Assembly: GCA_002771585.1 (NCBI GenBank)
Contig: PCTT01000044.1
Coordinates: 1-34,737 of the forward strand
DNA: 34,737 bases
Reading direction: 5' to 3'
Source of the DNA: Candidatus Campbellbacteria bacterium CG22_combo_CG10-13_8_21_14_all_36_13
Lineage (GTDB): Bacteria > Patescibacteriota > Minisyncoccia > Phycocordibacterales > PCTT01
The translations under genes and the position numbers were made by a program. How positions within the stretch are numbered: the first letter of the stretch is position 1; each line of letters opens with the position of its first letter. The notes below the pieces were generated by a model that saw nothing but the letters and a program-made list of their open reading frames with translations, was not told where the DNA came from and searched no databases. This document shows positions 9,825-20,396 of this stretch, piece after piece.

Positions 9825-10522
9825 AAAAGTTTCTTTATTTGTTCGTATTCCTTAATTGCATTGCTATAATCTTCTGGACGACCAACATCAATCCAAAAAC
9901 TATCCTCTTCGTGGACATAGACCTCTTCACCACTCTCTATTGAATCTTTCATAAGTTGATCGAATCCATATGGTGTATTTTTTGAAAGTCCATCAATAAC
10001 GGCGCGGCTATAACAATTCACACCAACAGCCACATGGTAAGTGTGCGTTGGTTTTTCTATAAAATCCTGAAGTTTTCCCTCTTTATCAAAAGATAGTGTT
10101 CCAAACTCTATTTTCAATTCAAGTTTTTTTACTAACACAGACATTCTTCTATTATTATTCATATGCTCAATAAGAAAAACACCGTAATCTAGATCTGTTA
10201 TAGTATCTCCATTAATTGTAAGAAAATGTTCTGGTAGATCTTCTATCAAAGTAAGGGGCCCGATAGTATTTAGTGGTATCTCCTCGTGTGAATAATCAAT
10301 TTTTACACCCCACTTAGAACCATCTCCGGCATATGAAACAATTTGCTCTGATAAATGGTTAACTGCAATAGTTATGTGGTCGAATCCATATTTCTTCAAC
10401 TGTTGAATCAAGATGCTTAATATAGTCTCACCGTCTCTGATTTCAACAAGTGGCTTAGGTATATTGTTAGTATGTGGTTGTAAGCGAGTACCTCTACCAC
10501 CTGCTAATATTACTGCTCTCAT
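9821..10522 (-). CDS. Sugar-phosphate nucleotidyltransferase
   Basis: AVILAGGRGTRL, PKPLV, NGD, EKP and WIDVGRPEDY. Confidence 0.88.
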   Translation of the reverse strand: MRAVILAGGRGTRLQPHTNNIPKPLVEIRDGETILSILIQQLKKYGFDHITIAVNHLSEQIVSYAGDGSKWGVKIDYSHEEIPLNTIGPLTLIEDLPEHFLTINGDTITDLDYGVFLIEHMNNNRRMSVLVKKLELKIEFGTLSFDKEGKLQDFIEKPTHTYHVAVGVNCYSRAVIDGLSKNTPYGFDQLMKDSIESGEEVYVHEEDSFWIDVGRPEDYSNAIKEYEQIKKLF

Positions 10523-11517
10523 ATGCTATATATATTAGCCTTAAAGTGTTTTAAATTTTCAGCTTCAGAGTACCATTTAATAGTCTCCTCTATACCTTTT
10601 TCAAATCCAAATGTTGGTGTCCACCCTGTTAACTCCTTCAGTTTATCAGCTGATCCAATTAGCCTCTCAACCTCTGATGAATCTGGTCGCAAACGAACAT
10701 CATCTGTTTCTACATTAATTTTACTACCAGTAATTTCAATTATCTTCTTTACAGTGTCCCCAATCGTAATACCAATACCTGTCGCAATATTTATTTCTTC
10801 TCCTGTTGTAGAATCTTTTTCTGCTATAGCACAATAAGCATCTACAGTGTCTTTTACATAATTAAAATCACGAATAGTATCTGTGCGTCCAAGTTTCATT
10901 GTATCTACGCCAGACAAAATTTGAGTAATAATGGTAGGAATCACAGCCCTAGTAGATTGTCTTGGACCAAATGTGTTAAATGGTCTAACAATTACAACTG
11001 GAACACCAAAGGATCTGAAGAAAGATTCTCCTATATGATCTGCAGAAATTTTTGAAGCACTATATGGTGACTGTGCCTGAAGTGGATGAAGCTCATCCAT
11101 TGGTACATACTTTGCTGTTCCATATACCTCAGAAGTAGATGTAATCAATATACGCTTCACACCTTCTCTGCGAGCAGATTGTAATATATTAAGTGTACCT
11201 TTCGTATTTGTATCAAAAAATGAATCTGGAGCATCATATGAAAAAGGTATAGAAATAAGAGCTGCAAGATGAAAAATAAAATCACACCCTTTAACAGCAT
11301 CATCTACAAATCTTTGATCTCTTACGTCACCAGCAACAATTTCTATCTTCTCTAAAATCTCCTTAGGAAAAGTATCGAGCCAGCCCCAAGAGTTGAAAGA
11401 ATTATAAAATACAAAAGCACGAACAATAGCGCCTTTTTCTAGCAATCTCTCAACCAAATGACTACCTATAAAGCCATCTGCTCCAGTAACCAATACCTTT
11501 TGCCCTTTTAATTCCAT
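10519..11517 (-). CDS. NAD-dependent NDP-sugar 4,6-dehydratase (LegB-like extended SDR)
   Basis: VTGADGFIGSHL, FYNSFNSWGWLD, HLAALISIPFSY, TSTSEVYG, YSASK and RPFNTFGPRQ. Start placed at ATG 11517 (MELKGQKVLV). Confidence 0.85.
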   Translation of the reverse strand: MELKGQKVLVTGADGFIGSHLVERLLEKGAIVRAFVFYNSFNSWGWLDTFPKEILEKIEIVAGDVRDQRFVDDAVKGCDFIFHLAALISIPFSYDAPDSFFDTNTKGTLNILQSARREGVKRILITSTSEVYGTAKYVPMDELHPLQAQSPYSASKISADHIGESFFRSFGVPVVIVRPFNTFGPRQSTRAVIPTIITQILSGVDTMKLGRTDTIRDFNYVKDTVDAYCAIAEKDSTTGEEINIATGIGITIGDTVKKIIEITGSKINVETDDVRLRPDSSEVERLIGSADKLKELTGWTPTFGFEKGIEETIKWYSEAENLKHFKANIYSI

Positions 11518-11540
11518 AAAAATCTGATTAAATATGTTAT

Positions 11541-11555
11541 ATTTTAGCATATAAT
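11541..11555. promoter_or_regulatory. Adjacent divergent -10 elements
   Basis: Minus-strand TGCTAAAAT (extended -10, 11541-11549) and plus-strand TATAAT (11550-11555) in the 59-bp divergent gap. AAGGA precedes ATG 11577. Confidence 0.5.
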
Positions 11556-11576
11556 TTAAAAAACAAGGAAATAACA

Positions 11577-12749
11577 ATGCTTTTAGAATACTTAGGGGCT
11601 TACAAAAACAAGCTTTCAAATAAGATAAATGGTGTAATACACATTAAAACCAGAGAAAATAAAGTTGGTTCTGTTTTACTTTCTTTTATAACTGGCCCAT
11701 TTACACTTACTCCAAAAGAGAGATTCACCGATCCACACACAAATTATTGGGTATGCCCTGAAATAGCGAGACTTTTTCTGGAAAAAGGTTTTGATGTAGA
11801 TATAATAAATTGGGATAATAAAACTTTTTTACCAAAGAAAAAATATGATGTATGTGTAGATCTGCAACACAATATAGAAAGGTTGGAGCCAGTCCTTGGA
11901 GATAAATGCAAAAGAGTAATGTTTATTATTTCATCATACCCAGAATTTCAAAATAATGCAGAGGAAAAAAGATTAAATGATTTATTTCAAAGACGAGGTG
12001 TTAGATTATCATTCGGTAGAAAAGAGGATTATTCAAAAAATGTCCAATTCACAGATTTTATAGGTGGATACGGAAACAAAACCGTACGTAGCTCTTATCC
12101 CGACTTTATTAAAGATAAAATAGTTCCAATTCCTGTTCCTTCAATGGACATATATGACGCTCCTAAAAATAAAGACTATGATAAAGTAAGAAAAAACTTT
12201 CTATGGTTTGGTGGAGGTGGTGCAATATTAAAAGGACTAGATTTGATAGTTGAAGCATTTGCAGATTTACCACAATTAAATCTCTCACTTATAGGACCAG
12301 CTCCATTTGAGGAAGAATTTGCAAAAACATATGAAAAAGAATTGAGTCTTCCAAATATTAAACGCCATAATAGACCAAGAATAAATGAGTCTGGTGTTGC
12401 AATGATAGACGATATACCCTTAGAAGACATAATAAGTGAATCTGCATTTGTTATTGGATTATCGGCATCAGAAGGTGGTGGTGCTGCGACAGTTCAGGCA
12501 ATGCAATTAGGTCTTATACCAATTACCACACCTCAAACAGGTATCAATGAAGAAGCTCCAGGATTTGTAATACATGAACCAACTTTAGCAAATATCAAAA
12601 AACTTATACTAGAGGTGTCAACAATGTATGAGACTGATCTTAAAAAACTTTCTTATGATACGTGGAATTTCGCACACACAAACCACAGCAAGAAAGCTTT
12701 TACTAAAAAATTTAATGAGTTTATTGATCAGATAGTAAACACACAATAA
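11577..12749 (+). CDS. Glycosyltransferase (GT-B, GT4-like)
   Basis: FLWFGG...KGLDLIVEAF and SASEGG.A.VQAMQLGLIPI. Confidence 0.78.
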   Translation: MLLEYLGAYKNKLSNKINGVIHIKTRENKVGSVLLSFITGPFTLTPKERFTDPHTNYWVCPEIARLFLEKGFDVDIINWDNKTFLPKKKYDVCVDLQHNIERLEPVLGDKCKRVMFIISSYPEFQNNAEEKRLNDLFQRRGVRLSFGRKEDYSKNVQFTDFIGGYGNKTVRSSYPDFIKDKIVPIPVPSMDIYDAPKNKDYDKVRKNFLWFGGGGAILKGLDLIVEAFADLPQLNLSLIGPAPFEEEFAKTYEKELSLPNIKRHNRPRINESGVAMIDDIPLEDIISESAFVIGLSASEGGGAATVQAMQLGLIPITTPQTGINEEAPGFVIHEPTLANIKKLILEVSTMYETDLKKLSYDTWNFAHTNHSKKAFTKKFNEFIDQIVNTQ

Positions 12750-13582
12750 TGCAAGAACCTCTTATATCAGTGATAATACCGGCAAGAAATTCGTCGAATA
12801 CCCTTCGAGAAGCGGTTTTGTCTATAGTCAATCAAACATATAAAAACTTAGAAATATTGATTATTGATGACTTTAGCACAGATAACACGCTTGAAGTTGC
12901 AACAAAACTATCGCAACAAGACCCACGGTTAAAAGTGTATTCTTCAGATTTGAATGACGATCAAAGATTTGACAAAAAACTCAACCGTAATATCAATGCA
13001 GGATACTCTGCTCGCAACACTGGATTTAGTCATGTTAATGGAGAGTTTATTACTTTCCAAGATGCTGATGATGTGTCACTACTAAATAGAGTTGAAATTC
13101 AATACACACTACTTAAGAAACATGACGCTACGCATCTATCTCTTGATTGGCAAAAATATGAAGAAAGTCTTATTGGGACAAGTATCGATTTAGAGTTATT
13201 CACTGAAGCTCTAAAAAACTACAAAACACCGAAAGATTTATACTCCATGGCAATTAGGTCAAAAGGTTGTGTTGCAAAAATATCAAAAAAACTTAATTCT
13301 TCAGTTCCATTTAATATAAAAAGAATGCGTGTTATTAATAAACTATTTTTTGGTACACTTGAAAGTTATCCTGGTGCCGGAAATAGTCCTTTGTTTAAAA
13401 AAGAGGTTATAGAAAAAGTACAATTCAGACCCTTAAGCGACAGAATATGGCCTTCTTTTATGGGTCGTGGTGCAGATAGAGATTTTAATTTTCAAGTTGC
13501 AGAGACATTTAAAAATAGCTACGTATTCAGCATTCCTACATATTTATGGAGACAAGAAACTCAAAATAAATTATATAAATAA
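12749..13582 (+). CDS. Glycosyltransferase family 2
   Basis: ISVIIPARN, QTY.NLEILIIDDFSTD, SARNTG and FQDADD. Confidence 0.88.
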   Translation: MQEPLISVIIPARNSSNTLREAVLSIVNQTYKNLEILIIDDFSTDNTLEVATKLSQQDPRLKVYSSDLNDDQRFDKKLNRNINAGYSARNTGFSHVNGEFITFQDADDVSLLNRVEIQYTLLKKHDATHLSLDWQKYEESLIGTSIDLELFTEALKNYKTPKDLYSMAIRSKGCVAKISKKLNSSVPFNIKRMRVINKLFFGTLESYPGAGNSPLFKKEVIEKVQFRPLSDRIWPSFMGRGADRDFNFQVAETFKNSYVFSIPTYLWRQETQNKLYK

Positions 13583-14463
13583 TGAAATTTAGCATAATCA
13601 CACCTGTCTATAACGGCAGTCAATTCATTAGAGAAACTCTGGATAGTGTCATTTATCAAAAGGGAGACTTTGATATTGAATATATTGTTATTGACGGTGA
13701 CTCCTCGGACAATACTGTTGAAATATTAAAAGAATATGAACAAGATATAAATACACGAAAAATTAATCCAAAATGTAACTCTTTAACATTTACTTGGAAG
13801 TCTGAAAAAGATAATGGTATGTACGACGCCATAAATAAAGGCTTTGCAATGGCTACGGGGGATATTTATGCATATATAAATGCTGATGACCTATATGAAG
13901 ACAATTCATTCAATGTGATAAAAAAAAGTCTTGAGACATTCCCCGAAATAGAATGGGTAAAAGGGGTAACGTCATATCTTGAAAATGCCAAATACACAAA
14001 AGGTTCATGCTATATATATAATCAAAGATGGATCTACGAAGGGTACTACGGAACAATCGCTCCTTTTATACAGCAAGACAGTGTATTCTGGTCTAAGGGG
14101 CTTTGGAATAAAATAAAACCAATTGACACAAACCTTCGCCTTGCAGGTGACTACTATATGTGGACATCAATGGCTCAACATAAACCGTTATACTCCCTAG
14201 ATGCAAAGGTGAGCATATTTCGAAAAAGAAGGGGTCAATTAAGTCAAGATATGGATTCCTATAGGATTGAGCAAGAAAGCGTGAGAATTGTGCATGGTAT
14301 AGAAACATACGCCATAAAGTTATTTTTTATATTATCAAGAAAAATACCTTCATTACTCTCCAACCTACTCTATAGACTGTTTTTTATAGAGAAAAATCAA
14401 CACTACATCTCATTCTCAAACAACACACCTATAAAAACTCAAGCAAAATCATATAAACTATAG
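13582..14463 (+). CDS. Glycosyltransferase family 2 (WfgS-like)
   Basis: FSIITPVYN, IVIDGDSSDNT, SEKDNGMYDAINKGF and YINADD. Confidence 0.9.
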   Translation: MKFSIITPVYNGSQFIRETLDSVIYQKGDFDIEYIVIDGDSSDNTVEILKEYEQDINTRKINPKCNSLTFTWKSEKDNGMYDAINKGFAMATGDIYAYINADDLYEDNSFNVIKKSLETFPEIEWVKGVTSYLENAKYTKGSCYIYNQRWIYEGYYGTIAPFIQQDSVFWSKGLWNKIKPIDTNLRLAGDYYMWTSMAQHKPLYSLDAKVSIFRKRRGQLSQDMDSYRIEQESVRIVHGIETYAIKLFFILSRKIPSLLSNLLYRLFFIEKNQHYISFSNNTPIKTQAKSYKL

Positions 14464-14469
14464 ATAATC

Positions 14470-15234
14470 ATGAAAGAAATATTAAAAAAAATACCCTTCC
14501 TTAAAATTATTGTTGTCTATAGTAAGACCATTAAAAACAAGCAGAACTTCTTACAAAAGACACATCTATTCTTCAATTTTTTGAAAGACTTTTCTCTTTA
14601 CAGCAAGCTAGAGAAAAATATCGAAATTAAAGCAAAAACTGAAGACCTATTCCCTAGAATATACGACAATACAGCAGATACAAAAATAGACCCAATATAT
14701 TACCTACAAAGCACATGGTGCGCGGAAAAGATTTTTAAAGCAAAACCAGTAGAGCACTATGATGTAGGTTCACATTATTTAATGGTTGGAATCATTTCAA
14801 AATTTGTTCCAACTACCATGGTGGACATACGACCCCTCTCAGTAAACCTTGATTCTCTATCTTTCATAAAAGGAGACATAACACACTTACCTTTCGAAAA
14901 CGACAGTATTAATTCCCTATCATCAATCTGTGTAATAGAGCACATTGGACTAGGTAGATACGGAGACCCTCTTGATCAATTCGGCACAGAAAAATCTGCA
15001 AAGGAACTAAGTCGGGTTTTATCTAATGGAGGAAGTTTATATATATCGGTACCAGTAGATTCTAAGAGTAAAGTTTACTTTAACGCGCACAGGGCTTTCA
15101 CTAGAGATTATATATTGGGGTTATTCAAAGATTTGAATTTAATTGAAGAAAGGTATATATATGGAAAGCAGTTTTATAATGAATATAATTCAACAAAAGG
15201 TTTTGGTACTGGATTGTATTATTTTAGAAAATGA
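14470..15234 (+). CDS. DUF268-like SAM-dependent methyltransferase-fold protein
   Basis: HYDVGS, VDIRPL, IEHIGLGRYGDPLD and FNAHR. Confidence 0.75.
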   Translation: MKEILKKIPFLKIIVVYSKTIKNKQNFLQKTHLFFNFLKDFSLYSKLEKNIEIKAKTEDLFPRIYDNTADTKIDPIYYLQSTWCAEKIFKAKPVEHYDVGSHYLMVGIISKFVPTTMVDIRPLSVNLDSLSFIKGDITHLPFENDSINSLSSICVIEHIGLGRYGDPLDQFGTEKSAKELSRVLSNGGSLYISVPVDSKSKVYFNAHRAFTRDYILGLFKDLNLIEERYIYGKQFYNEYNSTKGFGTGLYYFRK

Positions 15235-16142
15235 AAAAAATAGTAATACTACAACACGGTGGTGGTGAGCTTACTAATCAGCTTTGGAATTACATAAGTA
15301 TATACGCTTATGGAAAAGAAAAAGGTGTTCCTGTGGTTAACAACTCTTTTTTTGAATACGGAAGCAATTTCTGTACACCCAAATCCCATCTTTCAAATTT
15401 ACTTCTATACAGACCATTTAAAAACCACCTAAAGAGGCGCAACTCTTTTAAAAGACAGCTCTGGAGAAAGTTCTACAAAATATACGTATATGTAGTAAAA
15501 ACTTTCAAAAAGAGCAGTATTGTCTCATCAGTTAACGGAAATAATGCTGTTACATACTTACCTCCTACAAGTACAGATTTTACAGAGCCAGATAAAAAAA
15601 CCCTATATTTTGATGGGTGGCTTTTTAGAAACCCTGTTGGTTTAGAAAAATACAGAGAAGATATTTTGAAATACTTTAGACCTGCAGATGTTGTAATAAA
15701 CAAAGTTGATAAATTTTTACAACCACACCTTGGAAAATACCTGGTTGGTGTGCATATAAGACAAGGAGATTACAAGGTCTTTAAAGGTGGAAAATACTTT
15801 GTAGAACAGAAACGTATACAGGAGATTATTAGTAAATATTTATCATTTTCTGGCAGAACAATAGAAAACACCTTTTTTATATTCACATCAGACGGATCAA
15901 TAGAAAAGGATGTATTTTCTGAATTAAATTATACCGTTTCTAATATGGGCCCTGTAGAAGATTTATTCTTGCTATCAAAAATGAAAGTGGTGCTTGGCTC
16001 TGACTCAAGCTTTGGAGATTTTAGTGCTTGGTACGGAAACATACCACATATAGTATTCCAGAAAGAAGCTATGGACTGGGAATATTACAAAGAGAAGAAT
16101 ATCTTTTTTGAGAATAAATACTCCACAATGGTGCATTATTAA
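15231..16142 (+). CDS. GT11-like fucosyltransferase
   Basis: GGELTNQLW, GVHIRQGDY, FTSD and DLFLLS...LGSDSSF. Confidence 0.68.
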   Translation: MKKIVILQHGGGELTNQLWNYISIYAYGKEKGVPVVNNSFFEYGSNFCTPKSHLSNLLLYRPFKNHLKRRNSFKRQLWRKFYKIYVYVVKTFKKSSIVSSVNGNNAVTYLPPTSTDFTEPDKKTLYFDGWLFRNPVGLEKYREDILKYFRPADVVINKVDKFLQPHLGKYLVGVHIRQGDYKVFKGGKYFVEQKRIQEIISKYLSFSGRTIENTFFIFTSDGSIEKDVFSELNYTVSNMGPVEDLFLLSKMKVVLGSDSSFGDFSAWYGNIPHIVFQKEAMDWEYYKEKNIFFENKYSTMVHY

Positions 16143-16151
16143 ACTATAAAT

Positions 16152-17078
16152 CTACTGCTTCTTGGCCCAATCAATATATCTATCAATACCTTCCCAAATT
16201 GAAACCTTTGGAGAAAATCCTAAACCTTCAGCAAAAGAAATATCTGCTGGAAATCTTTGAACTTCCCCTGGGCGAGCTGGTGCATTTACTATCTTTGAAT
16301 CAAACTTTTTTGCAATATACTCAACGATATCTTTCACTTTAGTATTTTTTCCACTAGCAAAGTTTATAACCTGTCCTTTTAATTCTGGATGATTAAGCAC
16401 AAGACTATATCCATCTACAACATCACTAACATGACAATAATCTCTCTCTGCAGCACCGTCACCAAAAATTGTTAGATTTTCGCCACGCATAGCTTTTGCA
16501 ATCATTATTGGGATCAACGCACCAAAACGACCATTTTTCTGTCTTTCTCAGAAGATATTAAACGGCCTTACAATAGTCACATCAGTATCAAACGATTTAA
16601 AATATGAATAACTTATACGATCAATAGCTGCCTTTGATGCGGCATAAGGACTATTTGGTCTTAGTTCTGAATGTTCATTAAGTGTTTCACCCTCTTCCAA
16701 ATCGTGTCCGTCGCCATAAACCTCACATGTAGAGGCTAGTATTAGCCTGTTATTATTTTTCTTTACCGCTTCTAATATATTATATCCACCAAGTATATTT
16801 GCATGGAAAAAAGCGAGTGGATCTTGGAGTGATTCATCTACATTTATTCTACTTGCGAGATGAAAGACGACATCGTGTCCCCTAACACTTTTATCAACTA
16901 TTTCACTATCGGTTATACTGCCCCAGATGACGTTAACGGATTCTTTTATAGGGCTTATGTTTCTTTCTGATATGTTAGAGTATGTATTTAAAATTGAAAC
17001 ATCATGACCTTCTTTTAACATCTTTTCACTTAAATGACTGCCCTTGAAACCACCCCCACCTGTAACTAAAATTCTCAT
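16152..17078 (-). pseudogene. NAD-dependent epimerase/dehydratase interrupted by one in-frame TGA (16548-16550)
   Basis: ORFs 16548-17078 and 16152-16517 share a frame: ...RPFNIF*ERQKNGRFGALIP... TGGGGF.GSHL, YAASK, GDG...RDY and RPGE are intact. Confidence 0.8.
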
Positions 17079-17110
17079 ATAATCTTATTTAAAAATTTAC
17101 AATATAAGAC

Positions 17111-17119
17111 AGTATATCA
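17111..17119 (-). promoter_or_regulatory. Extended -10 (TGATATACT) upstream of the interrupted epimerase
   Basis: Plus-strand AGTATATCA in the divergent gap, ~32 bp upstream of ATG 17078. Confidence 0.4.
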
Positions 17120-17195
17120 TACTAGATATGCCCAAAACATAGAAAATAAGATGAATTAGTGGCGTATTTTGAAGTTTTAATTCATAATAGGTTTT

Positions 17196-19469
17196 ATGCA
17201 AAACACAATCAAAATTGTGTCAAAATTTATCAAAAATAGGTTTATGGAAATCAGTTTATTTCTTGTATTTATTATATCTTTTGCATCAACGCTTTTCTTG
17301 CTAAATTTTGATATAAAAGAGTTAAGTTCTTTCGGACCAACCGCACTAATTTATATAAACGGATTCAAAGAAGGTTTAATAATATCTACTTCTGTATTAT
17401 TTTTTGCATTAATAATACTTTTATTCTTCAAAAAGAACTTTTTAATAATAATAGAAAAGGTAAATTTGTGGTTTAACAAACTAAGCCATGGCAAACAATA
17501 TTTATTTATTCTTATGATTTGTGTTGTCTTCTCTTTTGCAGTTCACGGAGACAGTGTAATCAACGGATATTTTAATATGGATGATTTTGAAATAATTTCA
17601 ATAAACCACTCTCACACGATTGGTGAATCCATACTAATACCACACGGAAATGACCACACAATGCCACTTTTTATGTTAGAAATGAGGGTGCTCGATTATT
17701 TCTTTGGACAAAATGCTCTACCATATAATCTATTTATTTTTTTCTTATTCTCATTAATACCATTTTTTATATACCTAATATTTGAAAGATTAAATTTCAA
17801 TAGGATAAGTTTCTTTATTTTTTTAATATTGTTTAGTGGTGCAACTGGTTGGGCAGACTTAATAGGTGGCTTCAACATTATGTCCACATACATGCAAGCT
17901 ATTTTGTTTTTCACAATCACAATGTGGTCATATTTAGAATGGCATACTACAAAACAAAACAAATTTCTCTTATTTTTTGGCTTATCTATTCTTGGCTCAA
18001 TCACAATAGATCTACCTGGTATATGGGTACTTCCAGTAATTCCAGTCTGGATGTTTGTAGTTCATATAATTAAAGATAACCTTATCCAAATTAAACTTCA
18101 AAATATCATTAGTTTTTTAAAAAACAACAAACCGCCGTTATTAATTTTTATAACTACAATATTGCTTTTTTTAACATTTTTTATATTTACATTTACTGTA
18201 GTGCAGCCAAATACGTTTCTAACTGCCCTTGATGGTGGAGATATAGCAACAAACGATATTCGTGATAGTGGTTGGAAGCCAAGTACCCTATTACATAATT
18301 CAGTTTCAGTATTTTCATCAGGTGTCTCGCTAACATTATTCGCTCCAAATGCTGTAAAAATCCTATCTCACCCGTCACTCGTCGGAAGAGTCCAAAAATA
18401 TTGGAGTTCATTAGAATTTTTAATTCTATTTCTAAATTTATTGTTTCTATTTTTTTTATTCAAAAATTCAGATAATAAGAATAGGAGATTATATATATTT
18501 TTGGCCAGTATATTTATGGTGAGCATATCTATGGTTGTAATAGCGCGCCCAAATCAAGGCATACTTCCAGATTTTGATTATAGATACGCAGGACCAGCTT
18601 TTTTTGCATATATATTATTCATCGCTTTAGCCTCTAATGTATTTTTAGTAAAAAACAAAGAAAAAACGCTCAAAATACTATTACCTGTAATTATAATAAT
18701 ATTTTCCATACAACAAGCATTCAGTTTCCAGGCTGTTAGAATAAGAGAAGAAGCAAAGCTAAGAAAATCAGCTATAGTTCAATTTGAAAAAACCCTACTA
18801 CCGGAACTAGAGAAATTGAGTGAAAATAATAAAGACATAGTTATACCAAACCTATCAGGAGCACATATTTTTAATCTAATGTCAGGATATACACTTGCAG
18901 ATTACCTGCTCTTCTTCAACAAAGGTATTGATATCAATCTGATACAAAACAAATACATGCAACCAGATGTCAAAACTGGAATAGTAGAAACTGTTTCCAG
19001 TATACGGGATCAATCAAGTATTGTATTTAAAGAGGCTATAAATAACTCGTCATTTATAAACAAATATTACACATCACAAATTCTGATGAGATTTGCTACA
19101 TCTGAACAAAAAAGCCCGGATTTAAAATCTGTTTTAGCAAACGAATACGGGGATATCGTTATACATAAAAACAATTTTGATCCTGAAAAATTAAACGTTC
19201 TTGGATTTTATTTAACCACAGACGACGTACCGGGCAACTTAGAACTTTCTATTTCATTTAAAAATGAATTTAACAAAAAAGACGAGTCGCAAAATATAAG
19301 AATAGACGACTTCACTCCACATATATTAGAAAATAATAAACGCATTTATTATATAGAGACAAACCTATTACAAATCCACACGTACTCACTTTCAGCTTTA
19401 ATATCAAACCTTAGACTTCATGTACCTGAAACAAAAAATGCCTCCGTTGAGGCATTGTATTTCAAGTAG
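17196..19469 (+). CDS. Large polytopic membrane protein, possibly a GT-C-fold glycosyltransferase
   Basis: 757 aa with many hydrophobic segments. YFNMDDF and HGNDHTMP follow an early helix, RY lies near the last helices, and the C-terminal domain is soluble. Confidence 0.55.
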   Translation: MQNTIKIVSKFIKNRFMEISLFLVFIISFASTLFLLNFDIKELSSFGPTALIYINGFKEGLIISTSVLFFALIILLFFKKNFLIIIEKVNLWFNKLSHGKQYLFILMICVVFSFAVHGDSVINGYFNMDDFEIISINHSHTIGESILIPHGNDHTMPLFMLEMRVLDYFFGQNALPYNLFIFFLFSLIPFFIYLIFERLNFNRISFFIFLILFSGATGWADLIGGFNIMSTYMQAILFFTITMWSYLEWHTTKQNKFLLFFGLSILGSITIDLPGIWVLPVIPVWMFVVHIIKDNLIQIKLQNIISFLKNNKPPLLIFITTILLFLTFFIFTFTVVQPNTFLTALDGGDIATNDIRDSGWKPSTLLHNSVSVFSSGVSLTLFAPNAVKILSHPSLVGRVQKYWSSLEFLILFLNLLFLFFLFKNSDNKNRRLYIFLASIFMVSISMVVIARPNQGILPDFDYRYAGPAFFAYILFIALASNVFLVKNKEKTLKILLPVIIIIFSIQQAFSFQAVRIREEAKLRKSAIVQFEKTLLPELEKLSENNKDIVIPNLSGAHIFNLMSGYTLADYLLFFNKGIDINLIQNKYMQPDVKTGIVETVSSIRDQSSIVFKEAINNSSFINKYYTSQILMRFATSEQKSPDLKSVLANEYGDIVIHKNNFDPEKLNVLGFYLTTDDVPGNLELSISFKNEFNKKDESQNIRIDDFTPHILENNKRIYYIETNLLQIHTYSLSALISNLRLHVPETKNASVEALYFK

Positions 19470-20378
19470 TTAAGATCGCTCGAGCCAATCAAACTTATTT
19501 AAATACTCTTTGACACAAATTTCCCAATCACGAGTTAGATGTGGAGCAATTTTTTTTAACCTAATGTTTTGTAATATTTCGGAACGCGGGCGTGGAGCAA
19601 AAAAATCTTTTTCTACAAATGAAGAATCTACCTCAATAACCTCAACCTCATCTTTTATACCCAAATCAATCATCATTGCAACTGCTACTTCATAACGATT
19701 ACATTTACCATCGCATGCACCATGATATATGCCATAATATTCATTGTCTACGAGAAAATGCAGCGACTTAGCTAAATCATAAGTATAGCAAGGTGTTCCA
19801 AACTTATCGTTAACAACATGTAATTGTTTTGAGCCATTATTTATTTGTTCAACTATCTTTTTTACAAACTTCTTATCTTTCTTGGGCCCACCACCAATCA
19901 TCCAGCCAGCCCTTACAACGATAGACTTAGTTGCTTTCTTTGCTTCAAGCTCTCCTTCATACTTAGACCTACCATAAACACTAAGTGGATTTGGCTTATC
20001 TTCTTCTCTGTACGATTCTTGTTCCCCGTCAAATATTCCAGCAGTTGAGATATACACAACAGGTATATTTGCAGAGTTTGCATATTTAACCACATGAGTA
20101 ACACCATTTCTGTTTGTGGCATAAGTTTCTTCCGAATTTAGCTCGCAATACTCCATATCTGTTTTAGCGGCTAGGTGTATTATGTAATCAGGCTTTATAT
20201 TTTCAAGATATTCTGCAACAGCATTTGCACTAGAAACGTCCAAATATTCAAGCCAATCCTCATTTAAATCAATGTCCGACGCATAGACTTTACATATATC
20301 CTTAAACTCAGAATATACAGCCTCTCCAAGCATCCCACCACAACCAGTAATTACTATTTTATCCTCTTTGTTTATCAT
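19470..20378 (-). CDS. rfbD: dTDP-4-dehydrorhamnose reductase family protein
   Basis: ITGCGGMLG, IIHLAAKTD, YISTAGIFDG, PLSVYGRSK, VNDKFGTP and APRP. Start placed at ATG 20378. Confidence 0.82.
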   Translation of the reverse strand: MINKEDKIVITGCGGMLGEAVYSEFKDICKVYASDIDLNEDWLEYLDVSSANAVAEYLENIKPDYIIHLAAKTDMEYCELNSEETYATNRNGVTHVVKYANSANIPVVYISTAGIFDGEQESYREEDKPNPLSVYGRSKYEGELEAKKATKSIVVRAGWMIGGGPKKDKKFVKKIVEQINNGSKQLHVVNDKFGTPCYTYDLAKSLHFLVDNEYYGIYHGACDGKCNRYEVAVAMMIDLGIKDEVEVIEVDSSFVEKDFFAPRPRSEILQNIRLKKIAPHLTRDWEICVKEYLNKFDWLERS

Positions 20379-20387
20379 TGTGTATTG

Positions 20388-20396
20388 ATTATAACA
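20388..20396 (-). promoter_or_regulatory. Extended -10 TGTTATAAT overlapping the upstream stop codon, suggesting near-leaderless rfbD transcription
   Basis: Perfect TGnTATAAT ending 9 nt before ATG 20378. Confidence 0.45.
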
